A DNA stretch of 64,000 nucleotides, from contig CAVOKF010000007.1 of the NCBI GenBank assembly GCA_963696385.1, positions 64,001 to 128,000 on the forward strand, in the 5' to 3' direction. Made by a program: the position numbers and the translations under genes. The notes under the pieces were generated by a model. It was not told where the DNA came from. It saw only the letters and a list, made by a program, of their open reading frames with translations, and ran no database searches. Positions 35,783 through 44,760 of the stretch are shown piece by piece. This DNA is from an uncultured delta proteobacterium (GTDB taxonomy: Bacteria; Myxococcota_A; Polyangia; Polyangiales; Polyangiaceae). The stretch's first letter is position 1. Each line of letters begins with the position of its first letter.

Positions 35783-35861
35783 AGCCGGCGGACAGCCCAA
35801 GGAGCCAGGACAGCTCCCTCGAATCGGGGGACCGCGCCGATTACCCCATAAGTTTGCGCAC

Positions 35862-35890
35862 TTGACTTGTACGGCTTAAAGCCGTACTAC
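35862..35890 (+). promoter_or_regulatory. Sigma70-type promoter with a palindromic operator
   Basis: TTGACT-17 bp-TACTAC; perfect IR GTACGGCTT-A-AAGCCGTAC (35869-35887); ATG 6 nt after the -10. Confidence 0.7.
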
Positions 35891-35896
35891 GGCATC

Positions 35897-36178
35897 ATGG
35901 CCCACGTTTCTCCTACATCCCGGCTCGAGGCGCGCATCACCCCCGATGTGCACGCGTTGCTCAAGCGCGCGGCCGAGATCCAGGGGCGCACGCTGACGGA
36001 CTTCGTCGTCGACGCCGCGCGCGAGGCGGCTTGCCGCGCCATCGAACAGGCCGAGGTCGTCCGCCTGTCGGTCGACGACCAGCGCCGGATCGCGGAGGCC
36101 ATCCTGAAACCCCCCGCCCCCGCCCCGGCGCTGCGCCGCGCCGCGCGGCGGCATCGGGCGCTGTTCGGTAAGGTGTGA
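35897..36178 (+). CDS. DUF1778 RHH antitoxin (TacA/AtaR-like)
   Basis: RLEARIT....LLKRAAEIQGRTLTDFVV, PPAP.PALRRA. Confidence 0.9.
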   Translation: MAHVSPTSRLEARITPDVHALLKRAAEIQGRTLTDFVVDAAREAACRAIEQAEVVRLSVDDQRRIAEAILKPPAPAPALRRAARRHRALFGKV

Positions 36179-36696
36179 CCGCCCCGTTCCGACTGGAAGC
36201 GCTCGACGATCATCACGATCGCTCGGAGTTCGCGTGCGGCGAAGAGGCGCTCGATCGGTACTTTAAGACCCAGGTGACCCAGGACATCCGGCGCGGGATC
36301 ACCAACTGCTTCGTCGCGGTCGCATGCGAGGCCGAAATAGTCGCCGGGTTCTATACGCTCGCCTCCACCGGAATTCCGATGGCCGAGCTTCCCCTGGAAA
36401 TCACTAGGCGTCTGCCCCGCTATCCGAGCGTGCCGGCCGCGCGTATCGGACGGTTGGCCGTCGATCTGCGCTTTCGCGGCCGCGGGCTGGGCGGCGCGCT
36501 ACTCGTGGACGCGGCAAAGCGCGTGCTCCCTTCGGCGGCGGCCGCCTACGCGTTGCTCGTGGACGCCAAGAACGATCACGCCGTCGCCTTCTACAGGCAT
36601 CACGGGTTTGAACCGCTTGCGAGCCAGCCGCGCACGCTGTTTCTCGCCTTGGCGACCGCGGAAAGGGTATGGCAGAAACGGAAGGGGCGATCGTGA
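36175..36696 (+). CDS. GNAT toxin (TacT/AtaT-like)
   Basis: HDRSEFACG..LDRY, GFYTL, IGRLAVD..FRGRGLG, VDAKND.A..FY. Confidence 0.92.
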   Translation: MTAPFRLEALDDHHDRSEFACGEEALDRYFKTQVTQDIRRGITNCFVAVACEAEIVAGFYTLASTGIPMAELPLEITRRLPRYPSVPAARIGRLAVDLRFRGRGLGGALLVDAAKRVLPSAAAAYALLVDAKNDHAVAFYRHHGFEPLASQPRTLFLALATAERVWQKRKGRS

Positions 36697-37061
36697 CGGA
36701 CCCTGCGAGCCTGGCGCTCCTCGATGCCGCGCGGCGTACGTCCTGGAACACATTCTGCGATGACTCCTGGTCGGCGTCGTGGCATTCGGCTTCGTCCCCT
36801 GCACGAAGGGGAACGCGTTACTCTTGAGGTTCACAAGGGAGGGATGCTGATGAGCGCAAGCGTTTCGTTCGTTGAGCGTGTGTTCGAGGTCACGAACCCC
36901 GCGACGGCTGTCCTGGCTACATGGCGAATCCGCCGCAGGACAATTTGGATTCGACGCGGCCCACTCCTTCCGGGACCGCGACCCAGCCGCGGACCAAGGC
37001 GGTCTACTTATTCGGAGGCCGGCGTCGGCTCAGTCGGTGTCGCTCCGCTCTCGGTCAGCCT

Positions 37062-37392
37062 TCACGGCGACTCCGTGAAGATCGCGAAGGAATACGGGTA
37101 CGCTGTCGCGTTGGATGTCCACTGGGTCCAGGCGGCCCGACCAGAGTGACCTGGCAGCATCGTGACAAAACAGACTTGCGTTCCGGCCGGAAGCCCGAGG
37201 TCAGAGCCAGGGTCGATCTTGTCGCTCGTGGTGGAAGCGACAAGGACGACCGTCGAGCCGCTCGAGGCCGACGCAGTCATTGCCGCGCACGTGCATTGCG
37301 GGATGCCCAAGCCTCCGGGTTGCAGTGCCTTCGCCTTTGCAACGCAAAGTGCCAAGCGCGAGCGCGCAACCCACGATCATTCGCGTCCGCAT
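37062..37392 (-). pseudogene. Small secreted protein with a 1-nt frameshift in the signal region
   Basis: MRTRMIVGCALAL joins ALCVAKAKALQPGG... if one G near 37353 is removed. Confidence 0.4.
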
Positions 37393-37439
37393 GTCACGAG
37401 GGTACGCCAATTGCCGCGGGTGGGCTTGGTCGGGAACGC

Positions 37440-38074
37440 TGGATGGGAACCCACCGTGTCGAGCAGATCTACGGCAAAACCTGACGATGCGCATGTCGAT
37501 GCGCCGTTTCACGCGATTGACCAACGGCTTTTCAAAGAAGGTCGAGAACCTCGGCCACGCTGTCGCGCTGCATTTCATGCACTACAACTTCTGCGGCATC
37601 CACCAGACTCTGCGCGTGACGCCTGCGATGGCTGCTGGACTCGCCGACCACGTGTGGGAACTGAGCGAACTAATCGCGCTCATGCCGAAGCCGATCGCGA
37701 AGGCTGGGGACGCGTCAAGCGGGCCGCCGCGACCGCGTAGCGATACCATTGCGCTGCGCTCGGCTGCGCTTCAGCATGGGGCCATGAAAAACTTATCTTG
37801 GATCGTTCTTATCCTCGCCGACTTCTGCATCCCATTCCTCGGAGCAGGCTGCAGCACCGGCCCCTGCGGATCTGGCTCGCACCCCTACGGTGCTTGCCCC
37901 GGAGAGACGCTTCCCAACTCGTGCCCCGGCGAATCTGACGGCAGTCAACCGTGCCCGTGTCCGACTCCTGGCGCTACGGCCGGGGTATCAGGCGGGCTCT
38001 ACGTATGCCAAGGCGGCATATGGACCGCCGAGTCGGACGCCGCGACGCAGCAAAACTCAGACTGACCCACTACC
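37440..38074 (+). mobile_element. IS1-family (ISMhu11-like) remnant: transposase C-terminus and right end
   Basis: RQNLTMRMSMRRFTRLTNGFSKK, YNFC..H.TL..TPAMAAG.ADHVW; end TCAGACTGACCCACTACC. Confidence 0.8.
37784..38065 (+). CDS. Small Cys-rich lipoprotein inside the IS1 remnant
   Basis: MKNLSW...GAGC lipobox, several Cys; stop TGA lies in the IS end. Confidence 0.65.
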   Translation: MKNLSWIVLILADFCIPFLGAGCSTGPCGSGSHPYGACPGETLPNSCPGESDGSQPCPCPTPGATAGVSGGLYVCQGGIWTAESDAATQQNSD

Positions 38075-38484
38075 CAACGCCGGCGGCACTTGCACGCGGG
38101 ATTGCGCGTTCGCGCCCGGACTCGGTCATGGCCGCCCTTTCGGACCGATTCAACCGGAGTTGCGGGCGCCGGTCGATGACGCCTGGCGGCAACGGAGAGA
38201 CCGGTTGCCGACTGCGCCTTTGACGGATGGCCGCGCAACGCGCAACGTGCTGTTCTCCTCGATAATCCGATGCCTCCGCCTTTTCGTACCGAGGCGCCCG
38301 TGACCGCTCGCACGGGAGCGCGCTTTATCAAGTACAGCAGGCCGCTCAACAATCCTCTAGCCCACGCCGGCGCGAGCGGAATGGACCGAGCCTGCCGCCG
38401 AGCGCGGATGGCCCATCCCGCCCCGCCCGCGAGGCAGCTCGATCCCATCGGATTCGAGTTTCTCGTCGATCTTGCAGGGGGCGG

Positions 38485-38934
38485 TTGCGCGTGACCCGGA
38501 CTCCATTGGCAGCGTGTCCCGGATGTGCCCGGCACATTCGGGTCGAGGAGCCGGCTTGTCCGTTTTGCCAGGCCGACTTGCCCTCGTCGTTCCGGCGGGT
38601 CCAAGCGCCGCCATCGCCGGCCGAGCGGCTCAGTCGCGTGGCTCTCTATGCCCTGCGAGTGGGGGCGCTCTCCGCAACCGCAGCGGCGTGTGGAGGCGAG
38701 TCTACGTCCACGATCGCGCATTCCCGTGCCGCGGGCGCGGTCGACGCCAACGTGGCTGACGCCGACGACGACGGCCCGAGTCTCGATTCCGCCGTCGCTG
38801 TCCCTTTGGACGCGCTTCGGGAGACCGACGTCACGACGATCAGCCTGTACGGAGGCGCTTTCCCGCTGGAGGCCGGGACACCCGAGCCGGACGCGAACTT
38901 CGTCGTACCGTACGGCCTTCCACCGGCTCGATAG
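38485..38934 (+). CDS. Protein with a CxxC..CPFC Zn ribbon, internal lipobox-like AAAC and YG motifs
   Basis: CPGCARH...CPFC, RLSR.AL, AAACGG, LYGGA, PYGLPP. Confidence 0.7.
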   Translation: MRVTRTPLAACPGCARHIRVEEPACPFCQADLPSSFRRVQAPPSPAERLSRVALYALRVGALSATAAACGGESTSTIAHSRAAGAVDANVADADDDGPSLDSAVAVPLDALRETDVTTISLYGGAFPLEAGTPEPDANFVVPYGLPPAR

Positions 38935-39031
38935 CCGCACGCGTTTGTCTGCCACACATCGCCTCCACTTTTTGCCAATCGACGCTCGCGATCCCCTCAT
39001 CGGAGCCCCAGCCGCGCGCGATCCCTATGGC

Positions 39032-39778
39032 TCAAGGGAGTTCGGCAACCAGGACCCTATGGCCAAGATCGAGCTCGGTCAGCGTGCGAAGATGACCGTA
39101 CGAGCGATCCCAAGCACCCGATTCCAGATCCGATCTCAAAGCGTCGAGCCCCGACTTAACGTCCTCATCCTGGGCGAGCGCGAAATTCGACATGTTCTTG
39201 CGGACCTCGGCGTCCAGGTACATCTCCGGCTGGGCCCAGTAGGCCGTGAACAGGCCGTCTATAAAGTCACGCGGCAGGGGGACGGGGTATTCTCGTACGC
39301 TCGGAAACTCATCACGGATCGTCGCCATGATACGACCGAAGCGTCTCGATGGGTCGAGTGAGGGAAGGTAGTTTTGCGTCAACCAGAACGGATCGCCCCG
39401 CTGCGGGTCGCGAAGAAACACGACGACTCGCGTCCGCACGACCCTGCGTAGCTCGCGCAGCCCCGCTCTCAGGTCAGTCCAGTGGTGAACCGTGTTCACT
39501 GCCAACGCAGCGTCAAAACTGTCGTCACTGAGGGGAAGGCGCTCGGCATGCGCACGAACAACCCGTGCCGATCCGATCGGTCGCTGTGCGATCATCGTCT
39601 CGGACGGCTCCACCGCGAGCACGTCGAGACCCGTCGGCTCGTACGCACCGGCGCCGGCGCCTACGTTGATGACGCAACGCGCATCGCCGAGCGCGTCCCG
39701 CAGGATGGCCACGAGGCGTGGATCCTCTCTTCGCGTCGCCGCGTAGGTGCGTCCGATGCACTCATACGTCGCGGGCAC
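39032..39778 (-). CDS. Class I SAM-dependent methyltransferase
   Basis: INVGAGAG.YEP, AVEPS..M, AERLPL.DDSFD, HHW.D. Confidence 0.9.
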   Translation of the reverse strand: MPATYECIGRTYAATRREDPRLVAILRDALGDARCVINVGAGAGAYEPTGLDVLAVEPSETMIAQRPIGSARVVRAHAERLPLSDDSFDAALAVNTVHHWTDLRAGLRELRRVVRTRVVVFLRDPQRGDPFWLTQNYLPSLDPSRRFGRIMATIRDEFPSVREYPVPLPRDFIDGLFTAYWAQPEMYLDAEVRKNMSNFALAQDEDVKSGLDALRSDLESGAWDRSYGHLRTLTELDLGHRVLVAELP

Positions 39779-39981
39779 GCTGCTATTCCGTCCAAGACTT
39801 CAGCGGCCTGAGACCGCCGGACAAGATTCGGCCATTTATCCGCAGTCGGCAAGACGGCCGCGGCGGCTGCGGCTGGCGCGGCTCGCGCATCCGCTGGATG
39901 TCGCGCCGGAAACCGTTCATGCGGCTGGGCGATGAGATGAAGCGGATCCGGCTTGATTTCGAGTCCCCCTGCCACAGAGTC

Positions 39982-40713
39982 TCACCCGCACGGCCTGCCG
40001 AAGAACGGACGCGGCGCGGCCGCTGTGAGCTGCGGCTGTGCAGCGGGCAGCCATGCCGTCGCTGTCGCGAGGGCGGCGTGTGCGCCTTCAGCGAGCGGCT
40101 GGCCGTGCCCCACGATGAGACGCTCGAACCGGTGCGCGAGGAGCGCGTCGACGCTTCGTCGCGCCGCGGTGCGATCGTTGTAGGCGGTCCAGCGAATCAG
40201 CCGGCTTTGCGCCACGCGATCGTAGAATCCCATCATCGAGGCGTACACCTTCGTCCAAAGGTGTGTTGGTCGGCCGACGTTGTGGACGAGATCGGTCACT
40301 ACGGCCGTGCCGCTCGGATGGTGCACGAGCGCCGTCTCCACCAAGCGGAATCCTTCGATAGGGATTTCGGCGACGGCGTCGGAGATCGGCGCCCGTTCCT
40401 GGTCGTGAAAGCGGTCGATTCGCAGGTCCCTTCGCTTGTTCGCGAGTGCGGCAGGTGCGTGCACGCAGGCTTCGGGAAAGGCAGCACTCCATTCACCGAC
40501 CCACAAATGATGGAACGTGTTCGGAGCGTAGAGATGCGCCACGCGGCCAAGCGAGGCTACGGCCGAGCGCCGCTCCGCCGTCAGCGGCAACGGAGAGTGA
40601 ACGAGGAGCTCGCCGTCACCGAGATCGAGGACTGTCATGTTCGCCGTGAGCCTCAGACCGATGAAGCGAACCGAACCAGTGCCGTACCAGACGCCGTCGG
40701 CGAAGGCGAGCAT
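39982..40713 (-). CDS. DUF4336-family (MBL-like) protein
   Basis: MTVLDL..GELLVHSP, APNTFHHL, TDL, HG. Confidence 0.75.
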   Translation of the reverse strand: MLAFADGVWYGTGSVRFIGLRLTANMTVLDLGDGELLVHSPLPLTAERRSAVASLGRVAHLYAPNTFHHLWVGEWSAAFPEACVHAPAALANKRRDLRIDRFHDQERAPISDAVAEIPIEGFRLVETALVHHPSGTAVVTDLVHNVGRPTHLWTKVYASMMGFYDRVAQSRLIRWTAYNDRTAARRSVDALLAHRFERLIVGHGQPLAEGAHAALATATAWLPAAQPQLTAAAPRPFFGRPCG

Positions 40714-40759
40714 GGGCAAGACTGTGGAGTCGACCAAGGGGAGCGTCAAGCCCCGCTCG

Positions 40760-40845
40760 GTGCGCGAGCCCTACGACAAGAGGATCGCGTACGGACAGTC
40801 GAAGACCGCCAACGTGCTGTTTGCTGTCGAGGCCGACCGAGCGCT
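40760..40845 (+). pseudogene. Short fragment of an SDR oxidoreductase
   Basis: YDKRIAYGQSKTANVLFAVE (YxxxK) with no rest of the gene. Confidence 0.65.
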
Positions 40846-40896
40846 CCTAGCTATAGCTAGGCTCCACACTTAGACTTTCAGGCGGTGACGTGAAAC

Positions 40897-40998
40897 CGGG
40901 AGGTGGTCGCACGGCCGCTCGCGGTGGACGACGACGACGAGGCCTAGGGCTTGCCGTCGCGAGCCGGACCGGCACCCGCTTTTGGCAACGACCGTCGT
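40897..40998 (+). repeat. Near-identical copy of 52427-52525 (NTase 3' end plus downstream flank)
   Basis: Direct alignment; one extra GAC triplet and a few substitutions. Confidence 0.9.
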
Positions 40999-41012
40999 TT
41001 CGACGGTCGAGC

Positions 41013-41747
41013 TCAGATCCCACCCGAGGTGGGCGCCGGGATCGCCCGCTGGTTGTAGAGAAGCTTCGTGCGACGCTCGATCTCTTCGGGCGGCAGCTTC
41101 GAGAAGTCCTCCGCGAAATCGGCGCCGACCGCCAGGCCGCGCTGCACCCCGGGCCGCGCGCTCAGCTCCTCGAACCATCGCTTGACGTACTTGAATTCTT
41201 CGAGGTCTTGATGCTGCGCCTTCCAGTTCACGATCCAGGGGTAGGAAATGATGTCCGCAATCGTGTACTCCGCCCCCGCCACGTAGCGTCGGTTGTACAG
41301 TCGGTTATTGAGGACGCCGTACAGCCGGTTCACCTCGTCGCCGAAGCGACGGAGGGCGTACGACTGATCGCCCTGCCTGTCGCCCAGGCGTAGGAAGTGC
41401 CCCAGCTCGCCCGTCTTCGGCCCCTGGTTGGCCATCTGCCAGATGACCCATTGCGTGATCTCGTAACGCCCGCGCAAGTCGTTCGCCCAGAATTTCCCCG
41501 ACTTCTCGGCAAGGTACAAGAGGATCGCGCCCGACTCGAAGACGGCGATCGGCTCGCCGCCGCCGACGGGGTCGTCGTCCACCAAGAGGGGCATTCGATG
41601 GTTGGGATTGAGCGCGAGATAGCTCGGCTGGAACTGGTCGCCCCGACCGATGTTGCACGGGACGATGCGGTATTCGAGCGCGGCCTCTTCCAGAAATATC
41701 GTGATCTTCTTGCCGTTTGGCGTGGGCCAAAAGTGGACATGAAGCAT
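41013..41747 (-). CDS. Glutathione S-transferase, YfcG/YghU-like
   Basis: WPTPNGKKITIFLEE, NPNHRMP, FESGAIL, YTIADI. Confidence 0.92.
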   Translation of the reverse strand: MLHVHFWPTPNGKKITIFLEEAALEYRIVPCNIGRGDQFQPSYLALNPNHRMPLLVDDDPVGGGEPIAVFESGAILLYLAEKSGKFWANDLRGRYEITQWVIWQMANQGPKTGELGHFLRLGDRQGDQSYALRRFGDEVNRLYGVLNNRLYNRRYVAGAEYTIADIISYPWIVNWKAQHQDLEEFKYVKRWFEELSARPGVQRGLAVGADFAEDFSKLPPEEIERRTKLLYNQRAIPAPTSGGI

Positions 41748-41935
41748 GGTTGCCTCGATGGGCGCCTCCGAACGTGAGTGCCCAGCCGGGTCCGATGCCG
41801 GCCGCGAAAGCATGGTTCCGACGGCGACCGACGCCCGAATTCGGCGCTCGAGAAAGCACGGTCTCCGATCGAGGTGCGCTGACGGTGGGGATCGCCCCTA
41901 CCGCAAGCCCGCCCATCCCGCGTTGATCCGATACG

Positions 41936-43264
41936 TCAGAGTTGCGGAACGCCGATGACCGTTCCGTGGCTCGTGGTGTTGCCGATCACGGGAATGGGCT
42001 TCGGGGTCGTCCACGTCGCGAAGTTGTCCGTGCTGTCCGTATACATTTCGTGGCCGCCCGACCCGTAACCGTCGATGAACGCACGCCACACGTTGCCCGG
42101 AAGTTGAATGACGGACGGCCCTTCGCGATGGACTCCCCACCCCGCCCAGTCGCCGGTTCCCACGAACTTCCACGGGCCCGTCAGACTCGAAGCGGTCGCA
42201 TGTTCGATGTAGCTCGTCGTCGAGTCTTTCGTAAAGGCATGATAGGTGGCCCCGAGCAGCACGACGAACGTGTCAATGAAGTCCGGCCCGATTCCCATCT
42301 CCGTCGGCCCGGCCCAGTTCATGAGCGTCGAATCGGTGGCCTTGAAGAGGTACGTCCGATGGCCTCCCCCCGGGTCGATGCTCACCAAAATGTTCACGCT
42401 GCCGTCGCTGTCTTTGAACCACTCGGGGGCCCACGTGGTTTGCGTTCCGGCGACACCCGACGGGATCGTCGTGTACGTGGCCCATGTCATCAAATCGGCG
42501 CTCGCGGCGATGCTGAAACTCAAGTCCGTCCCGCAGCACCCCTTGCCCTCGGGTGTCGTGAACGCCACGTAGTATTTTCCGTCCGAGTATTTCATGATGC
42601 TCGGATCGCGCAGATTGTCGGTCGGCCCGGCGAAGCCCGAATTGCCGACCTGCGTAAAGTTGAGTGCGTCGGGTGCTTGGTAGATGAGGAGCGTGGAGCC
42701 CGCCGGTTCCCAGAACGTGGAGAAGACGTACGTCAGGTCGCCGGCATCGGACCCGGTCGTCCAGCCCGCCGTGATGATTGCCTCGCCCGCACCGGCCACG
42801 CCGGGGCCGGCCTCGGGGTAGGTCGCTCCTTCTCCGGTCGCCGTCCCCGCGTCGAGCGGCGCGCTGCCGGCGCCGCCCCCCGTGTCGACGGCGGAGCCCG
42901 TGTTGCTGTCCGCCGCCGTACTGCTGCTGCCGGCGCCGTTGCCCACGCCCGCGTCCACGCGACCGGTGCCGCCCATGCCCGTGCCCACGCCGGCGCTGGC
43001 TGCTGCGCCGCCGACGATGCCGGTGCCGCCGCTCCCGCTAGGGCCGGCACTGCTGCTCGCCGCGCTCGGACGAGCGTTCGAGGCAACCGGGGAGTTCGTT
43101 GCGCTGGAAGCAGGGGTCGATTGGGCCGAGTTGCCGCAGGCGGCGAGCGCGATGGCCAACCCGGTCGCGAACCGCGGTCCCCAAACTCGACCTTGTCGAA
43201 CTTGCTTGGCCCGCTCTCGGCGCGCGCAGACCCTCTGCCGGGGATGGCGTTTGAGTCGAAGCAC
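41936..43264 (-). CDS. Lipoprotein glycoside hydrolase, GH43-like five-bladed propeller (arabinofuranosidase-like)
   Basis: Lipobox LAAC, Ser/Gly linker, LRDPSI, WAPEW, FIDT, REGP, HG; true start probably downstream of 43264. Confidence 0.75.
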   Translation of the reverse strand: MLRLKRHPRQRVCARRERAKQVRQGRVWGPRFATGLAIALAACGNSAQSTPASSATNSPVASNARPSAASSSAGPSGSGGTGIVGGAAASAGVGTGMGGTGRVDAGVGNGAGSSSTAADSNTGSAVDTGGGAGSAPLDAGTATGEGATYPEAGPGVAGAGEAIITAGWTTGSDAGDLTYVFSTFWEPAGSTLLIYQAPDALNFTQVGNSGFAGPTDNLRDPSIMKYSDGKYYVAFTTPEGKGCCGTDLSFSIAASADLMTWATYTTIPSGVAGTQTTWAPEWFKDSDGSVNILVSIDPGGGHRTYLFKATDSTLMNWAGPTEMGIGPDFIDTFVVLLGATYHAFTKDSTTSYIEHATASSLTGPWKFVGTGDWAGWGVHREGPSVIQLPGNVWRAFIDGYGSGGHEMYTDSTDNFATWTTPKPIPVIGNTTSHGTVIGVPQL

Positions 43265-43435
43265 ACGCGCCCAGTATCCGCAGGCCGCCCAAAAGGCTCA
43301 GAGCGAGTCGGAAGGTCGAAGGCCGGCCATCGTTTCGACGGGCACGCCGCTGACGAGGGGCACATCGGGCTCGAGATTCTCGGCGAAGAGCAGCAGCGAC
43401 GAGGGGGGCGCCTGCGGCCGATCCCATGCGCGCAA

Positions 43436-44509
43436 TCACTTCAAGTACGCTGCGAGAGGGCTATTGGCTTTCGCCAAAGCCTGCGACGCAAGCGAAGCCA
43501 TCTCGGTCGCGCCGGCCTTGTCGAAGTGCGCCTTGTCACCGTTGAAGGTGAGGGCCGCCGCGGCCGTTTGACCGATCATGTTGTAGTAGGCGACGCCGAG
43601 CGCGTTCAGGTCGTCGACCGGCAGCCCCTTCGTCATTCCAAACGTGATCGTCGCGTCGACGTAGGGCTGCAAGCGCGTGTTGGTCTCCACGCCATTGACC
43701 CACACTTGGAGCGGCGACGAGGTCGTCGGGATGAACGTCGCATTCAGGGCGGCCACTTCGCCCGCCATGACGCCCATCTCGGTAGTGAAGTCCGGGACGG
43801 AGACTGGACCGTGCGTGGTCCCGCTGTCGTTGATGCCGAACGCCGCCATCACGTAGTCACCGGCCTTGACGTTGGCGATGAGAGTCTTCCATTTGCCCGC
43901 GTAGAAGGTCTGGATGTTCGCGCCGGGCTGCGCCTGGTTGTCGATTGTCACCTTGCTGATGAAGTATTGCCCGAACTCTTGACCCCAACCCTCCTGGGTG
44001 GTCGCGGCCGTGTAGTCGCTCATCGTCGAATCGCCGGCCATATGGATGGTGATGGCAGGAAGCGTGCTCTGATCCAGCTGACCGCCGTCGTTGCCGCCGC
44101 TTGAGGCGTCACCGCTCGTCGATCCGTTGCCGACCGTGTCGCCCTCGCCGCTGCCGCCGTCGCCGCTCAGCGGCGACCCGCCGCCGTCTTGGCTGCTGCT
44201 GCCCGCGGAGGCGCCGCTGCCGCTCCCGGAGGCGCCCGACGATGGCGCGGGCTGCCCACCCGGAGGCGTTGATCCGCCCGACGATGACGCCGGCTGGTCT
44301 CCGCCCGGAGGCGTTGAGCTGCCCGACGAGCTGCCGGCCGACGTGCCGCTGCCGCTGCTGTTCGGGGACGAGGCTCCGGCGGGGCCCGAGTCGCTCGACC
44401 CATTGCCTGGGGCCGCGCCCGACTCGGGCGCGCTCGCACTACTGCTGCATGCCATCGGCCCAAGCGCCATCGCCAAGACCATTCCGATGTTTAACGGCCC
44501 GTATCGCAT
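43436..44509 (-). CDS. Lipoprotein SGNH/GDSL esterase (rhamnogalacturonan acetylesterase-like)
   Basis: Lipobox PMAC, AGDST, GWG, FGIND, DKAHF. Confidence 0.82.
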   Translation of the reverse strand: MRYGPLNIGMVLAMALGPMACSSSASAPESGAAPGNGSSDSGPAGASSPNSSGSGTSAGSSSGSSTPPGGDQPASSSGGSTPPGGQPAPSSGASGSGSGASAGSSSQDGGGSPLSGDGGSGEGDTVGNGSTSGDASSGGNDGGQLDQSTLPAITIHMAGDSTMSDYTAATTQEGWGQEFGQYFISKVTIDNQAQPGANIQTFYAGKWKTLIANVKAGDYVMAAFGINDSGTTHGPVSVPDFTTEMGVMAGEVAALNATFIPTTSSPLQVWVNGVETNTRLQPYVDATITFGMTKGLPVDDLNALGVAYYNMIGQTAAAALTFNGDKAHFDKAGATEMASLASQALAKANSPLAAYLK

Positions 44510-44559
44510 GGGGTCTTCCTGTCGCGGAGCTGCGCGGTAACCCCCTTCGCATCGCTCGT

Positions 44560-44760
44560 TGTACGTTGAACGGCCCGCTCGATCCAGTCAAGCGGGCCTT
44601 CAGAAGAACGATGGCCGACGGGCGCCAAGTCGAAAAATTGCGCCCAGCGCGCATTTCGCTCAGCAGCGAACAACGCTGCCGGGCGAAGCCCAAGGAACAT
44701 CATCTCCGTCGAGCGCCAGACTGCAACGCGGGCGTACACCCAGCGCAGCTGGGCGCCTAA
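44560..44760. repeat. Dispersed MITE/REP-like element, copy B
   Basis: ATTGCGCCCAGCGCGCATTTCGCTCAGC shared with 52539; left CGTTGAACGG is complementary to the right end of copy C. Confidence 0.75.

Larger units (their letters stand above)
30430..35812 (+). mobile_element. rve/integrase-core IS copy 3, split by a 4.2-kb insertion
   Basis: Transposase body 34742-35782, right end ...AGCCAGGACA at 35812; inferred 5' part 30430-30502 rejoins in frame. Confidence 0.65.
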
